This document shows, one piece after another, positions 1 through 13,639 of a DNA stretch of 64,000 nucleotides; positions within the stretch are counted from its first letter, which is position 1, and each line of letters begins with the position of its first letter. The translations under genes were made by a program, and so were the position numbers. This DNA is from Mobula hypostoma (Eukaryota): contig NC_086097.1 in the NCBI RefSeq assembly GCF_963921235.1, positions 144,090,001 through 144,154,000 on the forward strand, written 5' to 3'. The notes under the pieces are model-generated. The model was not told the origin of the DNA and did not search any database. It saw only the letters and a list, made by a program, of their open reading frames with translations.

Positions 1-470
1 TTGTCACAACACACTACTTTCTTCACAGAGAGGTGCTGATGTCAAAAGCTCTTGAAGATGAAATAAAGTTCTGCATGATGTTGCAAAAATATTTAACTTC
101 ATTAAACAAAGACCAGTTCACTCGAGAATGTTTAAAAAAAACTGAAAATTTGGACAAAGAGCACACCAATCTCCTGCTACATATAGAAATCTATACTCTA
201 TATCTATAATAATCTATATTGGCTTAGCAGAGGAAGCGTTCTCAAAGGATGCTTGAGATGAAAGGTGAATTGCTGGAGTACCTTCAAGAAAATAGTAGGC
301 CAGATTTTGCTAAGTGCATTGAAGATGAAGAATGGCTGCAGAAACAAGCCTACTTAGCAGACATTTGTCATCATATGAACCAGTTGAACAAGTCTCTGCA
401 AGGCCCTGGAGAAAATGCTTTGACTTCAAGTGACAAAATCCTTGGATTTAAAAGGAAACTGACACCTTAC
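1..470 (+). mobile_element. hAT Charlie/Buster-like (FAM200/ZBED5/SCAND3-type) transposase fragment, truncated by window edge
   Basis: Translations include FLHREVL, WLSRG and WLQKQAYLADICHHMNQLNKSLQG..ILGFKRKL (ORF 249-473); frameshifted. Confidence 0.8.
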
Positions 471-657
471 TGATCATGCTAATGTACCATGAGCTGTACA
501 GACATCCCACCCTGCAAAAGCTCATTTCAGGGAGGTAGCACCTCCCACCCCCCACAACCCCATATACCCCACCCGCGGTCGACCTCCAAGAGTACATGTG
601 TACAGGACATTTGATTATGAAAGAACACAACAATTTATTTGATCACATATTGAAACT

Positions 658-660
<3 letters not shown>

Positions 661-700
<40 letters not shown>
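661..700. repeat. (CA)n(TA)n microsatellite
   Basis: Directly visible. Confidence 0.95.
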
Positions 701-701
<1 letters not shown>

Positions 702-765
702 TCCTTGTTGAGTATTTTGTTGGCAGTCTCAATGCTAATAGCTAAATGCTAATGCAAATAGCTTT

Positions 766-3074
766 CTATTTCTTTTGCAAACATTCCTTGTACTGTGATG
801 TGGCTTGCTTGGCAGATTTGAGCATTTTTCCGGAAGTCTCAACCTCATAGTAGTCTGTGTCAATGAATTTGTTAATTTTGCAAAACATCAGATTCGCAAG
901 TGTTTTGTGAGACAGCTGATTTCTGAATTCTGTCTTAATGTGACGCACCATGCTGAATGCCCTTTCTACATCACAATTAGAATTTGGCAGCACCAAAAGC
1001 AGCTTCATCAACTGGCAGAGCTCTTTGAATCTCAACTGCCCTGAGCTCACAGATTTTACTTTGGACAGCTTCCCCCAGAACTCATCAACTGGCAAACTTC
1101 TGTAGTTTGGCACCAGTCCTTCAAGGTTAGTTGAGACATAATCCAGGACTTCCAAGTGGAGCTGCTCTCTTGCATCTGCCTTGATCACATTTGGAAATCT
1201 CTCTGCCAAAGTTAAAATCTGGTCTGGATTCACCTCATCTTGGCTCTCTGTATTGACCACTGACAGACTTTTCAAGATTTGTCCTCTCATTGGGAACTTC
1301 TGCAAGATTTTTTGAAAGCACCTGACATAGAATGCTCTAGCATCTTTGAAGAACTGTTTTGTCTTGTAAGGGGGGATCTCCTGTGCTTCCTCGCTTAGCA
1401 ACTGCCTCCTTGCCAGGTACTCGGTAAAAAGCTCTTCATCTGGGCGGTGAATTTCAGGGTTGCTCACATCTATCTCCTGAATGTTCTGTTCTCTCAATAC
1501 CTTTGGCTCAATAAATCTGCTTGCTATGTCATGCAGGAGCTCTTCTACACTCTGATCCAACTTGAAGAAGATAGGTACCTTGTTTTGAAAAATCAAATTG
1601 AATTTGTCAAAACATTGTGTGACATTATGGAGAAAGCAAGTGTATATTTTCATTTGGGGGTTTCTTCACATTTCAGCCTCTTCTGAATATGAAATGTCTT
1701 CTGATTCTCACTCTTTGACTCAAAATATGAAATAAAGGCTGGCCATTGGTGGAGCAGATGGTCCAAACCTTTTCCTAAAGAAAGCCAGCGTGTAGGACAA
1801 TGCTTTTGTACTCTCTGCTGAGCAACATTGCAGAACTCTTGAAACTGTTTTAGGTCTTCTCTTCGTTTGGAACTTTTCTCAAAGTACTAGTAGATGTCAA
1901 TGAGCAGTTGTTCAGGTGACTTTGAGAGCTCCTTAGCAGCAGTTTTGGCACAAATGTTAACCAGGTGACTTGGACAGCCAACGCTGTAAATATGAGGGGC
2001 CTGTGCTTTCACTCTTGATAAGACAGAGTTGTTTTTGCCAATCATCACATTGCAGTTGTCACTGCTAAATCCTACACAGTTAGACCATTCAAGGCCTTTG
2101 TCAAAAGGCTTTGCATGGACGATGCAATGCAGTTGAATATGTTTTCAGCTTCGGCATCATTGCACACTGGCATGTCTACAAATCCAACTGTTACCTAATC
2201 CTGTTTTTCATTATAGTACCTGGCTAAAATAGTACATTTCTTCTCACACATGATATCATTGCTTTCGTCAACCAAAATACTGTATGGCCTTTTTTCTGTC
2301 CAGATGAACTTGTACGGATCCTCTGAACATTCAGGTTCCAGTACCACGTTCACAATTGCTGCTGTCTTGGTTGATGAGCAGGCATAATTTTTTGCTATTT
2401 CTGAATCAGGAAACATTTTCCTGAATAGCTTGCCTGTGTGCTTACTCACCTGGAATGGCAGGTTATGCTCAACGATGGAAGATGTAAAGTACACTCAGCT
2501 CTAGTGACCTTCTCTGTCAGATACTGGTTTTCTGCTGAAAAGAACTGTGAAATACTTGAGCAGCCTTCCCTGCGATTAGCCTCCCTAATATGTTGTGGTC
2601 CCTAAAGGAAATAAAAGCATAAGGTGTGTCCTTATTATATTGTCTTATGTAATAGTTTGTTTAGTGGTTTTGTCTAATCTGTAAACCAAGTTGGGTATAT
2701 GCAGAAAATGTGACATTAAAATATGTACTTATATTATCATGGAGTCATTTTTTATTCTATTACATCTTTAAGCACGTCTACAGGGAGTTTGGCCTCATCA
2801 CGTAGGTCATCAATAGAGTAGTTCCTTAGCAGCTAGCCAGCTAATTTAAATAACGTTAGCTATGCTGATGAACGAATGACACCTGTTAAACTCACCTCAA
2901 CATGTCTTTTACAGTCATTTAAGCCACCATGGGCAATAGAAAAGTCAAACTGTTGCAAACAGTGCAGTGAGCAACACTGTCATTATTTTTGACCCCTATT
3001 AGGCAGGGGTACACTTTAGTGTAGTCTGGGGTGACGTACATTTTATATTTTCTTTTTTTGAAACACTCTGCCAT
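766..3074 (-). pseudogene. Two-exon hAT transposase pseudogene (BED finger, DDE core, dimerisation domain)
   Basis: ATG at 3074 (MAECFKK); CTVC..RHVE|GPQH zinc finger across intron 2602-2895; ILVDESND, FSSDN, GCPSH and LLVLPNSNCDVERAFS motifs; several stops and frameshifts. Confidence 0.85.
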
Positions 3075-3317
3075 GGCGGTGCAGGACACTAAACTGAACT
3101 GATGGAGGGACAGAGGTCGACTGTAAAGCCCGCTCACAGAGAAAACTGATAGGTGTACTTAGCACAAAGAGAGACCAATCAGGATGCTTGCTCTCACTCT
3201 CCCTCTCCCTCTCAAAAAAACCGATTTCCAGGATATTGTATATAATTTGCGGGCATCAGGGAGCTGCTATCGATATGCGGGAGACTCCCGGAACTTCCGA
3301 GGGAGGTGGGATGTCTG

Positions 3318-3409
3318 GCAGTAGATGTAATAATTTTTGTGCTGGGGTTCCCTGAGACCTGAAAATTATTTCAAGGGTTCCTCCAGGGCAAAAAGATTGA
3401 GAAAGACTG
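3318..3409 (+). mobile_element. 3' terminus of the Charlie-like hAT element
   Basis: Ends aaaagattgagaaagactg (Charlie-type TIR), followed by ctctaatt, which resembles the NTCTAGAN target preference. Confidence 0.65.
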
Positions 3410-3779
3410 CTCTAATTTTTTTGACTTTGCCACTTCTGACTCAGATACGGCCCAATTGCCTGGATTTTATGTTGTATCTGTCAGTTGTTGATTGTGAAGG
3501 GGTCAATGGGGTAAACTGTTAAACAGCCTCATTGAAAATTAAAGCAACTTTTTCATCTTCTGTTATCAGTTTGGTTCACTGGAGTAGTAAGTGCTGGTTC
3601 TCTGAACCTTAGCTTGAATGTTTGGTCTGTCCAATCCATTGTATAATTTCCCTTCTGGAAGCAGATATGAAAGTGACATTTAAGAGGCTTTTAGATGACA
3701 CATTGTTATGCAGGGAAAAGCGGGATATTGTGCATCTGAAGGCAGAGGAGATTTTGTTTAATTTAATTCTAATTTTTAT

Positions 3780-4060
3780 TTAGAGTTACAGCGAGGGAAA
3801 GGTCCTTCCGGCCCACCGAACCATGTCTCACAGCAACCCACCAATTTAACTCTAACCTTATCGCAGGACAATCTACAATAAGTAATTAACCTACTAAGCT
3901 TTGGACTGTGGGAGAAATCTGGAGCAACTGGAGGAAACTCACGCACACATGGAAAGAATGTACAGTACAAATTTTCTTACAGAGGCTGCGGAATTGAACT
4001 CCGAACTCTACTGTCCCATGCTGTAATAGTGTTGCGCTAACTGCTACACTATCGTTGCAT
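3780..4060 (-). mobile_element. tRNA-headed V-SINE (HE1-like)
   Basis: Minus strand: tRNA-like head (tagtgtagcagttagcgc..ggagttcaattcc), V-domain-like tttctcccacagtccaaag, CR1-like tail. Confidence 0.75.
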
Positions 4061-7000
4061 CAACGTCAGCACAGACATTATGAGTTCAATGCCCCGTTGC
4101 AGTACTGTACTACTTTATGTTCAATATTCTGCATATGGAGTAAATTAATGAAAATAAATTTTCTCCATTTTAAGGAAGGGCAGGCAATGCAATCATTAAA
4201 CAGATATTTTGGTAGAAACTATTAGAACCAATATTCTGAGGCAAAATTAATTGGTGTATGTAAATGTATAGGCAATATTTTTGAGTTATACACATACATG
4301 TGAAATACAAATTGTGTAAGACTAGTTGATAAGCTCTTTGAAGTAACAGAGAGAGTTAACACTTCATATTTCTACCGGATAACAACCATATAATAAGCAC
4401 ACTTACTGTACTTCAAATGCAAAGTGTTCTCACTATGGGTTTTGACAAGATAGACATTTTTACAGACCACATAGACCTGGAGGCTCAGAGCAGATTCTAC
4501 TCTTCATAAAACTATTTTCTCACGTTTGTTTTTAAAACATTCAATATTTTACAAATTCAAATAGAGCAATATAATATTGCCAACAGTACACAAAGGTCAT
4601 TCCAGCGGAATGAAATCTGGGCTTGTTGGCTTTTGTTGATTAATCAACACAGCTATTGGAAATAAAAATTTGGAATGCATCTTGTACAGGGTAATTGTAC
4701 AGCCACCATCTGCTCATTAAAAAAAAAGCCTCTCCTGTTAAACTGTTGTGGCATTTCTCTCTTAAACTGTCTATTTGCAGCTCTTTTAAATTTTATCACC
4801 CTTTACTATACAATTAACCAAAAAGTTTATCTTTTAATATAGGTCCTCTTAGTCCTCCATGATGTTACAAAGGCTTACAGTCAGGCTAGAGGAAAACAGT
4901 AAGTATTCCATGCTCCATACGTTATGCATCTCTCTCTTAAAGTAAAGATATCCAAATCTGACTTGATGAGATATTTAGATGAGCTTATCAGGAACTAGGC
5001 CTGAAAATAAAGCTATCGTGGTGAAACCTTAACACAGAATCATAAAATCAGAATGTCCCAGCATAACTGGAGCCTACACATGCAGCAGCATTTGTGTCAA
5101 TTCTTCAAAAGTGACGTTTCAACCATTTCCTCATAATCCTGAAAAATACAGCTATTACTGGTCAAAAACCCAAGATGTTCCTCCTAAAATCATTGCAAAG
5201 GTAGATTTACATTAGTTGTGTAGCAGTCTAAGAAGGTAGTCCCCATTACGGCTTTCTGAATAGCCAGGATGACTATGGAATACTCCCATTGTCAATGACA
5301 CTGCTACTCCTTGTATGTTAGCAAGATGATCCTGACTCCTGAATTTCTTTCAAACCATAAGACTTCAGGAAGGTGATGGTTGCTATTCCAACTATTCAAC
5401 ACCTTGACGCTATCAAGAAAATTGCATCAATTTGAGTACCATGCTTTTAACCAATAACATTCTTTATTTTTGCCATTCAATTTATGAAGCTGCTGTGTGT
5501 ACTAATTACTTGATATACTTCAGTTACTTGGCAAGGACTTGTCAATAGCAGTTTCCAAACCTGTGACTTTCTTCTCAGAGAAAAGAAAATGACACAGACA
5601 CATAGAATTCCCCTCCCTCCAAGTTTCTCTCTAATTCAAACAATTTCGATTCACATAGTAATAGTAATTTTTTCAATGTTGGGTAAAGATACTAGTCTTT
5701 ATGGCAAAGCACACACTGTTAATAGAATGCGTACTGCTGTGGAGTAGACATTAGAGAAGGCAGCTTACCATGACTTCTCGTGGAGAACTGCAGTTAGGCA
5801 TCAACTGCCAATGATGCCCATTCTCCAAGCAGAAAATGGACTAAATTCACAGGTTCATAAACTGAGAGTACTGGGTAATAATGATCATAAATTTATAAAA
5901 GTAGAAATAACTGGCTACATTGGAATGATAGACACTTTTTATTGCACAACAGGTAACTGGATTTTGTATACTGAGCAAATTGAGCAGTATTTTCAAGCAA
6001 ATGGAATAGCCGTTGAGAAGCAAGTAGCAATTTTGCTGTGTTCATTGGGTTTAGAGGCATATAGCTTGCTTAGAAGTTTCACTGCTCCAAGCAAACCAAC
6101 CGAAGTGAACTTTGCTGATATTGTGAAAGTAATGCAGAGACATTTAGAAATGAAACCATTGTTGATTGCAGAACATTTTAGGTTTCATAAGTGGAATAAT
6201 AATGAAGAGGAGTCCATTTCAGCATACATGGCTGAATTGAAGAGATTGTCTAAGCATTGTCAGTTCAGTGATGGGCTTAATGGTGCACTGAGAGATTGGT
6301 TACTTTGTGGAATCTTACAAGAAAACGTTCAAAAATGGCTCCTTACTGAAGTGCAACTTGCACTTTAAAGAGAAGTTAAAATAGCTGTACCAAACGAAAC
6401 AGCAGACAAAGACACAATTGAGTTGCAGGCAGGAATACAATTGAGCATCAACAAAATTGCAGTGCCTAAACAGAAAGCAGCCTAGCCTAACAAATTATGT
6501 TGTTGTTGTGGCAGGGGCATATTTACTGTACACCAGACCAATGCAGATTTAGTCTGGTCGCAGAAAATGCCACAAAGTAGGACACATACAAAGAGCATGT
6601 CAGGCAGACAAAAATAAATGCACTGTTCTAGGAAGAAAAAAAGATAAAGTCAAGTTGCTGATGAAAAATCTGATAGTGATGGGAGTGACAAAGGACTGTT
6701 TAGCCTTAGATTTACAGTGTGAAAATTAACAATCAACAAGCACCATGGCTTACACCAGAAGCAAATGGCAAATTAAGTAAAATGGAATTGGACACTGGCT
6801 TGGCTGTTTCAGTCATTCCACAAAATGAGTTTGAATGGCATTTTAAAGATACTAAACTGAAGTCCACAGATATCCAACAAAGAATGTATACTGGAAAAAA
6901 AAAACTCCTGTGGGATGGACATTCGTAACACAGAAATACAACAACCAACAAGCCACATTTGACTTGCATGCGGTAAAACAGGAGGATCAGCATTGTGGGG

Positions 7001-7929
7001 ATGTGACTGGCTGAGACAATTACAACATGATTGGAGATCCATCCACAATTTGCATGCCACGTCCCTGTAATAGAGTCAACTGAAAGCAAATTAAGGAAGA
7101 TACTGTATGATGTGTGTGATGCCACAACAGTGTTCAAAGATGGCACTGGAAAGCTTAAACATTTTATGGGTAACATAGTGTTAAATAAAAATGCCATACC
7201 GAAGTTTTACAAAGCCTTATGCCATCTGTGATAAATTAGCCAGTGAGCTAGATCGCATGAAGGCTGAAAGAATTCTTTGCAAGTTTGTGTGGAGCCCATT
7301 GGCAACACCAATTCTCCCAGAAGCCAAGAAGAATGGATCTACCAGGATCTGTGGTGATTTTAAGGTCACCGGTACCAAAAGTAGATCAATACCCTCTGCC
7401 AAGATAGAGGATATCTTTTTTGCAAAGTGGATTTAGCTGAGGCCTACCTACAGATGGAGGTGGAAAAAGTGTCCAAAGTGCTTCCCATCATAAGCACTCA
7501 GAAAGCACTTTATTGCTATAATAGGCTAATTGTTGGAGTAGCATCTGCACAAGCAGAAAGCTATGGACCAGAAGCTGCAAGGTTATCCAGGCACTCAGTG
7601 TTACCTAGATGACATCATTGTTACTGATAAGGATAACAAGGAACATCTCCAAAATCTCAAGACAGTGTTAATAAGATTTGAAAATTAACGTGCTCAGAGC
7701 ATGACACATTCTTTAAATGAAGCATCACTTACTATGGCACACTATTTATCCATAAGGATTACACAAGTGTGCTGAGAAAATTCTGTGTGCTGGAGGATAC
7801 CCCAAGGCCAAAGGACATGTCAGAGTTGTGGCCTTTTTAGGATTTGTCTATTACTATAACAGGTACCTGCCAAACTGGCTACTGTCCTGCATTCCTTGAC
7901 CTCATTACTACAGATCGGGAAGAAATGGC

Positions 7930-8912
7930 TGTTACAATGGGGCATTTGGGAGCAGACCCAAGAGCAGGACACAGGTATAGAGGGCGGATTAGGATTCTTG
8001 CACAGACTTGAACGTTGATTTGGACTCAGAGCCTGGACTTGGACTTGACTTGGATACCGAGCCTGGACTTGGACTTGACTTGGACACCGAACGACAAAAC
8101 CAAACAAAGACAGACAATTCATATCGCGGCTCAGAGCAGCGGCAAATGGCCTGCAACACTCAGCTGGACACAAGACGACAAAACAACAACAGTCCATTCG
8201 TATCTCAACTCTGGGTAGCTCATGTAGCGGCAAGCGGCCAGCAAACTCAGCTGGATGACAGGCTCTCGACTCGACCCAGGAACTGCAGACTCAACCCAGG
8301 AACAGTGGATGACAGGCCCTTGACTCAACCCAGGAACAGCGGACGACAGGCTCTCGACTCGACCCAGGAACTGTGGACGACAGGCTCTCGACTCGACCCA
8401 GGAACTGCGGATGACAGGCTGTCGACTTGACCCAGGAATTGCAGATGGTAGGTTCTCGACTCGACCCAGGAACAGCGGACGACAGGCTCACGACTCGACC
8501 CAGGAACTACAGACAGCAGGCTCTCAACTCGACCCAGGAGTTGCGGATGACAGGCTCTCGACTCGACCCAGGAATTGCGGATGACAGGCTCTCGACTTGA
8601 CCCAGGAACTGTGGACTTGACCCAGGAATTGCGGACGGCAGGCTCTCGATTTGACCCAGGAACAGCAGATGACAGGCTCACGACTTGACCCAGGAACTGT
8701 GAACGGCAGGCTCTCGACTCGACTCATTCTCGGCGGTCCGGAACGAGCATAGCCGCACTGCTGAGGTGACGAACCAGCAGTGAGTAGATGTAAGCTGGAG
8801 TTTCTGTGCTGCCGGTTCAACTGAGGATCAGGTGCCCCAATCAAGGAGCCCGGTGGAACACGGGGAAAAGGAAATTAACTGAAATGAGGAGTCAATGGAC
8901 TGGACCGCGACA
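7930..8912 (-). mobile_element. Solo LTR with internal minisatellite, inserted in the Gypsy RT/RH linker
   Basis: TG..CA ends; 5-bp TSD atggc at 7925-7929 and 8913-8917; removal restores QIGKKWQWTK. Confidence 0.85.
8255..8725. repeat. ~33-bp minisatellite (about 14 units, some shortened)
   Basis: Repeated gactcgacccaggaactgcggatgacaggctctc-like unit. Confidence 0.9.
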
Positions 8913-10054
8913 ATGGCAATGGACAAAGCCGTCTGATGTGGCTTTCAAAAAGATAAAGGAAATGGTAACATCAAACATTGTACTCACATACTATGATCCA
9001 CATCATCCAGTAAAAATTGCCTGTGATACCTCACTTTATGGTATAGGTACAGTCGTGTCACGTTATGAGTGATAGGAGTGAATGCCCCATAGCCCTTGCA
9101 TCACGTTCCCTTACTACTGCAGTGAAATTATGCCGAGTTTGATAGAAAGTCCTTGAGTCTGGTTTGGGGTGTAAAACATTTCAACTGGTACTTGTAAGGG
9201 AGAGAGTTTACCCTCATTACTGATTATCAGCCACTAGTGTCCATTCTCAATCCACAGAAGTGTGTTCCATAGCAGCAGCAGCACCATTGCAGATATGGAC
9301 TCTGATTCCTGGAGGACACAATTGCAAGATTGAATTCAAGAGGTCAACAAATCATGGAAATACTGATGGATTGTCCCATTTACCCTCTGGAAAAGAAATA
9401 CCTGAAACATTTACAAAAGACGACAGACCTCAAGATGTATTCTCCCTAATGCAAATCGAAAGTCGCTCTTTTATGACAGAGATGATCCAAAGGGAAACCA
9501 GGAAAGACCCCACACTGTCTCAGGTCTATATGGCCACCCAGAATGGCTGGAATGGGGAACAGAAACTCCAGTTTCCCCATTTTTACCAGCACCGGGATGA
9601 ACTTGCCCTTGACAGAAGTCACCTTATATGTGGATAGATAGTTGTCGTACCATCGAAGCTGAGAGCTAAAGTGTTGTAGGAGCTACATGCTGGTCAGATA
9701 GCAATGGTCAAAACAAAAGCATTGGCTTGAAGCTTTGTCGGGTGGCCTGGGATAGCAGATTGAGCAGCTTGCCATGTATTGTTCGGGATGCCAACATGTC
9801 CAAACGAATGGTGTCCAGAGCTATCAAAACCACTTGCTGCAGACACAGAGTCAACTCCTACAACTATCACAGAGGAGGCACAGAACCTGAGATTGTTTCA
9901 CAGCCACAAGTCTCACCTGCCAAGCAGAGTGATCCCCCTAGTCAGGAAAGACTTATACCACAACAGTAAGAAATCCTTCACATTGATTAAATCTTTAGGC
10001 CTGAATGGGACAATTAAAAAAATTTTAAGTGGTAGAATGCATCTCAACTTATGT

Positions 10055-10099
<45 letters not shown>

Positions 10100-10433
10100 T
10101 ATATACACACACACACAACGTTTGTGTGTATACATAAATTGTAAGTTGAGATGCATTCTATATTGATTTGGAGCTTATAGCAGGGAGGGGTTGTGTATTT
10201 AATATTTCTGTAATATTTGAGTAATACTCTAAATATATTATTTGATTAAGCATTCCCTGTTTAAATAATTCATTGTGGGTTATTTGTAAGAGTATGTGAA
10301 TGGCATACATCATCGCAATGCCATATCATATGTATATGCCATACTGAAGTAAAAAATGAAACAGATACAGTTGCTCCCGTGTTTTTTTCTTTTAATTAGT
10401 TTTTATGCTTTGGGTTTACAAATGATAGCAACA

Positions 10434-10942
10434 CCTAGTACAGATAATGGATTGCCTTCATACAATGCTTTCGATGATTGCATCCTCCAAATCTTCCTTT
10501 TCATTATAACATTCAAGATGATTGTCGATACCTTCAAATTCTTCAAAGTCCTTAACTTGTTGAAGTAGTGAAATCATTTCATTTTCACTCCCAGCCGTTT
10601 CTGGCATCTGCAAGCCTGCATGCTTGAAACCACAGTGAGCAAAACCGTCCTGAATCGTCTTACAGCTTATCTCTCACCAACTTTCTGTGACAATAATCAC
10701 TGCTTTTTGAACACAGGCATATGCAATTGACACTATTTAAAAACTGCTACGCAAGTTCAGTGACTGATGCGAGTTAGAAACTGTTCAGCAATGTCTCCTG
10801 TCCCAATTAAGTTGCATAGTGTCCCAAATAAATGAAAGGAATCCCTGCTATTTTCTAGATTAGTTTTTATTCTTAATAAGCATTATCCCAAATAAGTGAC
10901 TGTCTTGATTAACCAATGGCCCAATTAACCAGAATCCACTGT
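10434..10942. mobile_element. Tigger/pogo-like non-autonomous DNA transposon relic
   Basis: Terminal ccaattaaccagaatccactg followed by TA; same terminus recurs at ~49730. Confidence 0.6.
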
Positions 10943-11119
10943 ATATGGTACAAACCAGAAGTGTGATGATGCACCTTTTATTTGCCTGGAGAGTGTATTT
11001 CCGGCATAAACTAACAATCTGGTGTACAGCACAAAGCAAGCTACTTGATTGGCATCTAATTCACCACCTAAGGCATTTACTCTTTCCACCATTGGCAAAC
11101 CACAGAAACAGTGCATAAA

Positions 11120-11250
11120 CAAACAAGAAAATCTGCAGATGCTGGAAATCCAAGCAACACACACAAAATGCTGGAGGAACTCAGCAGGCCAGGCAGCATC
11201 CATGGAAAAGAGTACGGTCAACATTTTGGGCCGAAACCCTTTAGTAGGAC
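11120..11250. repeat. Penelope-derived short interspersed repeat (related copies at ~12050-12180, 30135-30180, 30560-30660, 33320-33615, 34010-34130, 50565-50720)
   Basis: Shared core aaaatgctggaggaactcagcaggccaggcagcatc plus degenerate hammerhead-like segment. Confidence 0.65.
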
Positions 11251-12619
11251 ATAAAAGACATAAACAGTGCATAAAATGTTCTTTGGCAGTCACTTATTAG
11301 TTAGATTTTGAAATTCCTTGATCAAAATTCTGACATTTCCAAAATATCAGTACTGTTGGAGACTCAAAGGTCCTACATACCAACAAGTGTATAGCAATCC
11401 ATTGCCCTAAAGTGTTAAGTACTATTCTTCTTTCCAATCCATCTCCCATCTTCCAACTCAGAATGAACTTGAGCTGATCTAAAACTCTGCTTTACCTTTT
11501 TTTTTCCACAATGGTGTCTTTTACAGATTACCTTGTGCTTGATTACCCACATTTCTAATATATTGATTTTAAAGTCTAAAAGCCTGTTACATTTCTTCTT
11601 TTTAAGTCCAGACTGTGGAGATTGTGCACTTCCTGAACATGACAGTGCAAAAATACTGGAAATACTCAGTTGGTCAAGTAAGAAGAACATTAGTGTTAAT
11701 ATTGTCAGCTGATTGCCTTTCAACACAAATGGACTGAATTAGAAAGGCTGGAATGCACTGTTAAGATCTAAAAGCTGTAAATTAACTTTATCTTACTCAC
11801 TCTGAAGAAGATACTTGACCTGCTGAATATCTATATCATTGTCTATTTTAGTTTAGGTTTCTAGCATTGGCAAATACCTACTTTTTAAAATGTGTAGTGC
11901 GATCACAACTCTGAATAGTTTAAAGGAAAACAATGCGACAACCTGATTGAAGCTGATTCTTTTGTACATTCATGCTGCTGTTGGTAGTTTCTCAATCAAA
12001 AATCTTTGTTGATAAGGAGGGAAATAAGCAGTCGATGATTCAAGCAAAATCTCTTCATCAGGTCTTGGCCCGAAACATCGACTGTTTATTTTCCTCCATA
12101 AATGCTGCCTCACCTGTTGAGTTCCTCCAGCATTTTGTGTGTGATGCCCAGTATTTCCAGCATCTGCAGAACCTCTCGTTTCACCCATAAAATAAATGAG
12201 TTAAACCACCAGGTGGTGCTGGAAAGCCTTGCCTGCTTCGATTGCCAAGTACTGCCAAGCACCAGGGGGAGCCTTAGGACCTCTCACTGCACAAGTAGCT
12301 AAGTGTATGCTTGTTATATTAACGAAGGGAGAGCTCATGGTTTCAATTAAATAATTTAATTTTGTAACATAAAGTTATATTCTTAAGGCTATGCCCAATT
12401 TCCACTCACATCTGTTTTTGGGGTGTTCTAAGCTTCATTCCTTTGTTTTCTATATTTTGGACCAGAACACACAACCAATTATATAAGGGTTCTAACATAT
12501 GCTGTCATGTTTGCCTATGCTGTAATGGTAACTAAAATTCAGATAGTATTTAAGGAACATTTGGGGATAACATGGGGATGTATACAAATGAAAATATATT
12601 CAACATATTTTCACCGTGT

Positions 12620-12890
12620 GCACCACAGTAGTGTAGCAATTAGCATGAGCCTATCATAGCTCGGGGTATTCTGGTGTTCGAAGTTCAATTCTAGCACTGT
12701 TCAGTAAGAAGTCTCTTTTCGTCCTTCCCTGTTTCCTCCCACAGTCCAAAGATGTACCGGGTAGTTTAATTGGTCATTGTAAATTATCCCGTCATTAGTT
12801 TAGGGTTAATTGGGGTTGTGGGATTGCTGGGGCAGCATGGCTGGAAGAGCCAGAATGGCCTACTCCATGCTGTATCACTAAATTTAATTA
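12620..12890 (+). mobile_element. V-SINE (HE1-like)
   Basis: tRNA-like head, tttcctcccacagtccaaagatgt V-domain, CR1-type 3' tail. Confidence 0.75.
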
Positions 12891-13639
12891 AGTAAACATA
12901 GTAAAACCTCAGAGGGGGTAGCTGAGGGACGACACTGTGGGAGTAGCCAGGCCGTTGTATGTACAGTGCAGATGGTGATTCTGGCCTGGTATTTCTGCAG
13001 TGAACAGGGAGTCCAGAGACTGACATTCAGGCTTTGTGCATTTCCCTGGACCAATACTGGGACAGTACTGAGGGAGTTCAGTCAACGTTGCTATGTTTCG
13101 TAACTACAAAACATTAAACTAATTCAATGCAAGACACAGGAGTCGGAAATGTGAGTCAAACTTCATATTTTACTTTAAGTGAGGTAGCGTGATGACATAT
13201 GCAATTCATATATTTATACATAGAACACAATGAATTATTTAAACAAACAGGAATGCTTAATCAAACAATATATATACAAGATTACTCACATATTAATGAA
13301 ATACTGAATACACAACACTCTTCCTGCTTACCTATAAACTCCAACTCAATAGAGAATGCATCTTTATACACAATATACTGTATAATACAACTACTATATA
13401 AACACATCCACAGCATAGTACATTTTAAATTGTCCTCTTCAGGTCTAAAGATTTAATAGCAGTGGAGGCTTCCTTACTGATGTGAGATAACATCTTTCAT
13501 AACAAGGAAGAACACTCTGCTTGGCAGGTGATTCTTGTGGCTGTGAAACAATCTCAGGTTCTGGGGTCACATCCGTGGTGTTTGTAGGAATTGACTCTGA
13601 AACTACAGGAAGTGATTCTGACAGCGATAACTACCTTTC

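Larger units (their letters stand above)
499..3317 (-). mobile_element. hAT DNA transposon with 13-bp TIRs, inserted into the Charlie-like element
   Basis: cagacatcccacc at 499-511 and its reverse complement ggtgggatgtctg at 3305-3317 bracket a hAT transposase; no clean 8-bp TSD. Confidence 0.85.
5880..10433 (+). mobile_element. Decayed Gypsy LTR retrotransposon (gag, PR, RT, RH, partial IN, 3' LTR); 5' LTR not seen
   Basis: Gag ORF 5811-6368; MELDTG protease; RICGDFK and YLDD RT motifs; IACDTS RNase H; IN zinc region ~9660-9800 then deletion; PPT agcagggagg ~10179; LTR ~10189-10433 ending atagcaaca. Confidence 0.85.

Noticed and set aside
491..3325. 8-bp TSD for the inner hAT
   Set aside because: Flanks gagctgta and gcagtaga do not match; adjacent deletion is likely.
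8255..8725. Repeat array superficially like CRISPR
   Set aside because: Units are head-to-tail with no unique spacers, there are no cas genes, and it lies inside a eukaryotic LTR.
12259..12273. CTCF-like gcaccagggggagc
   Set aside because: Single motif match that can occur by chance.
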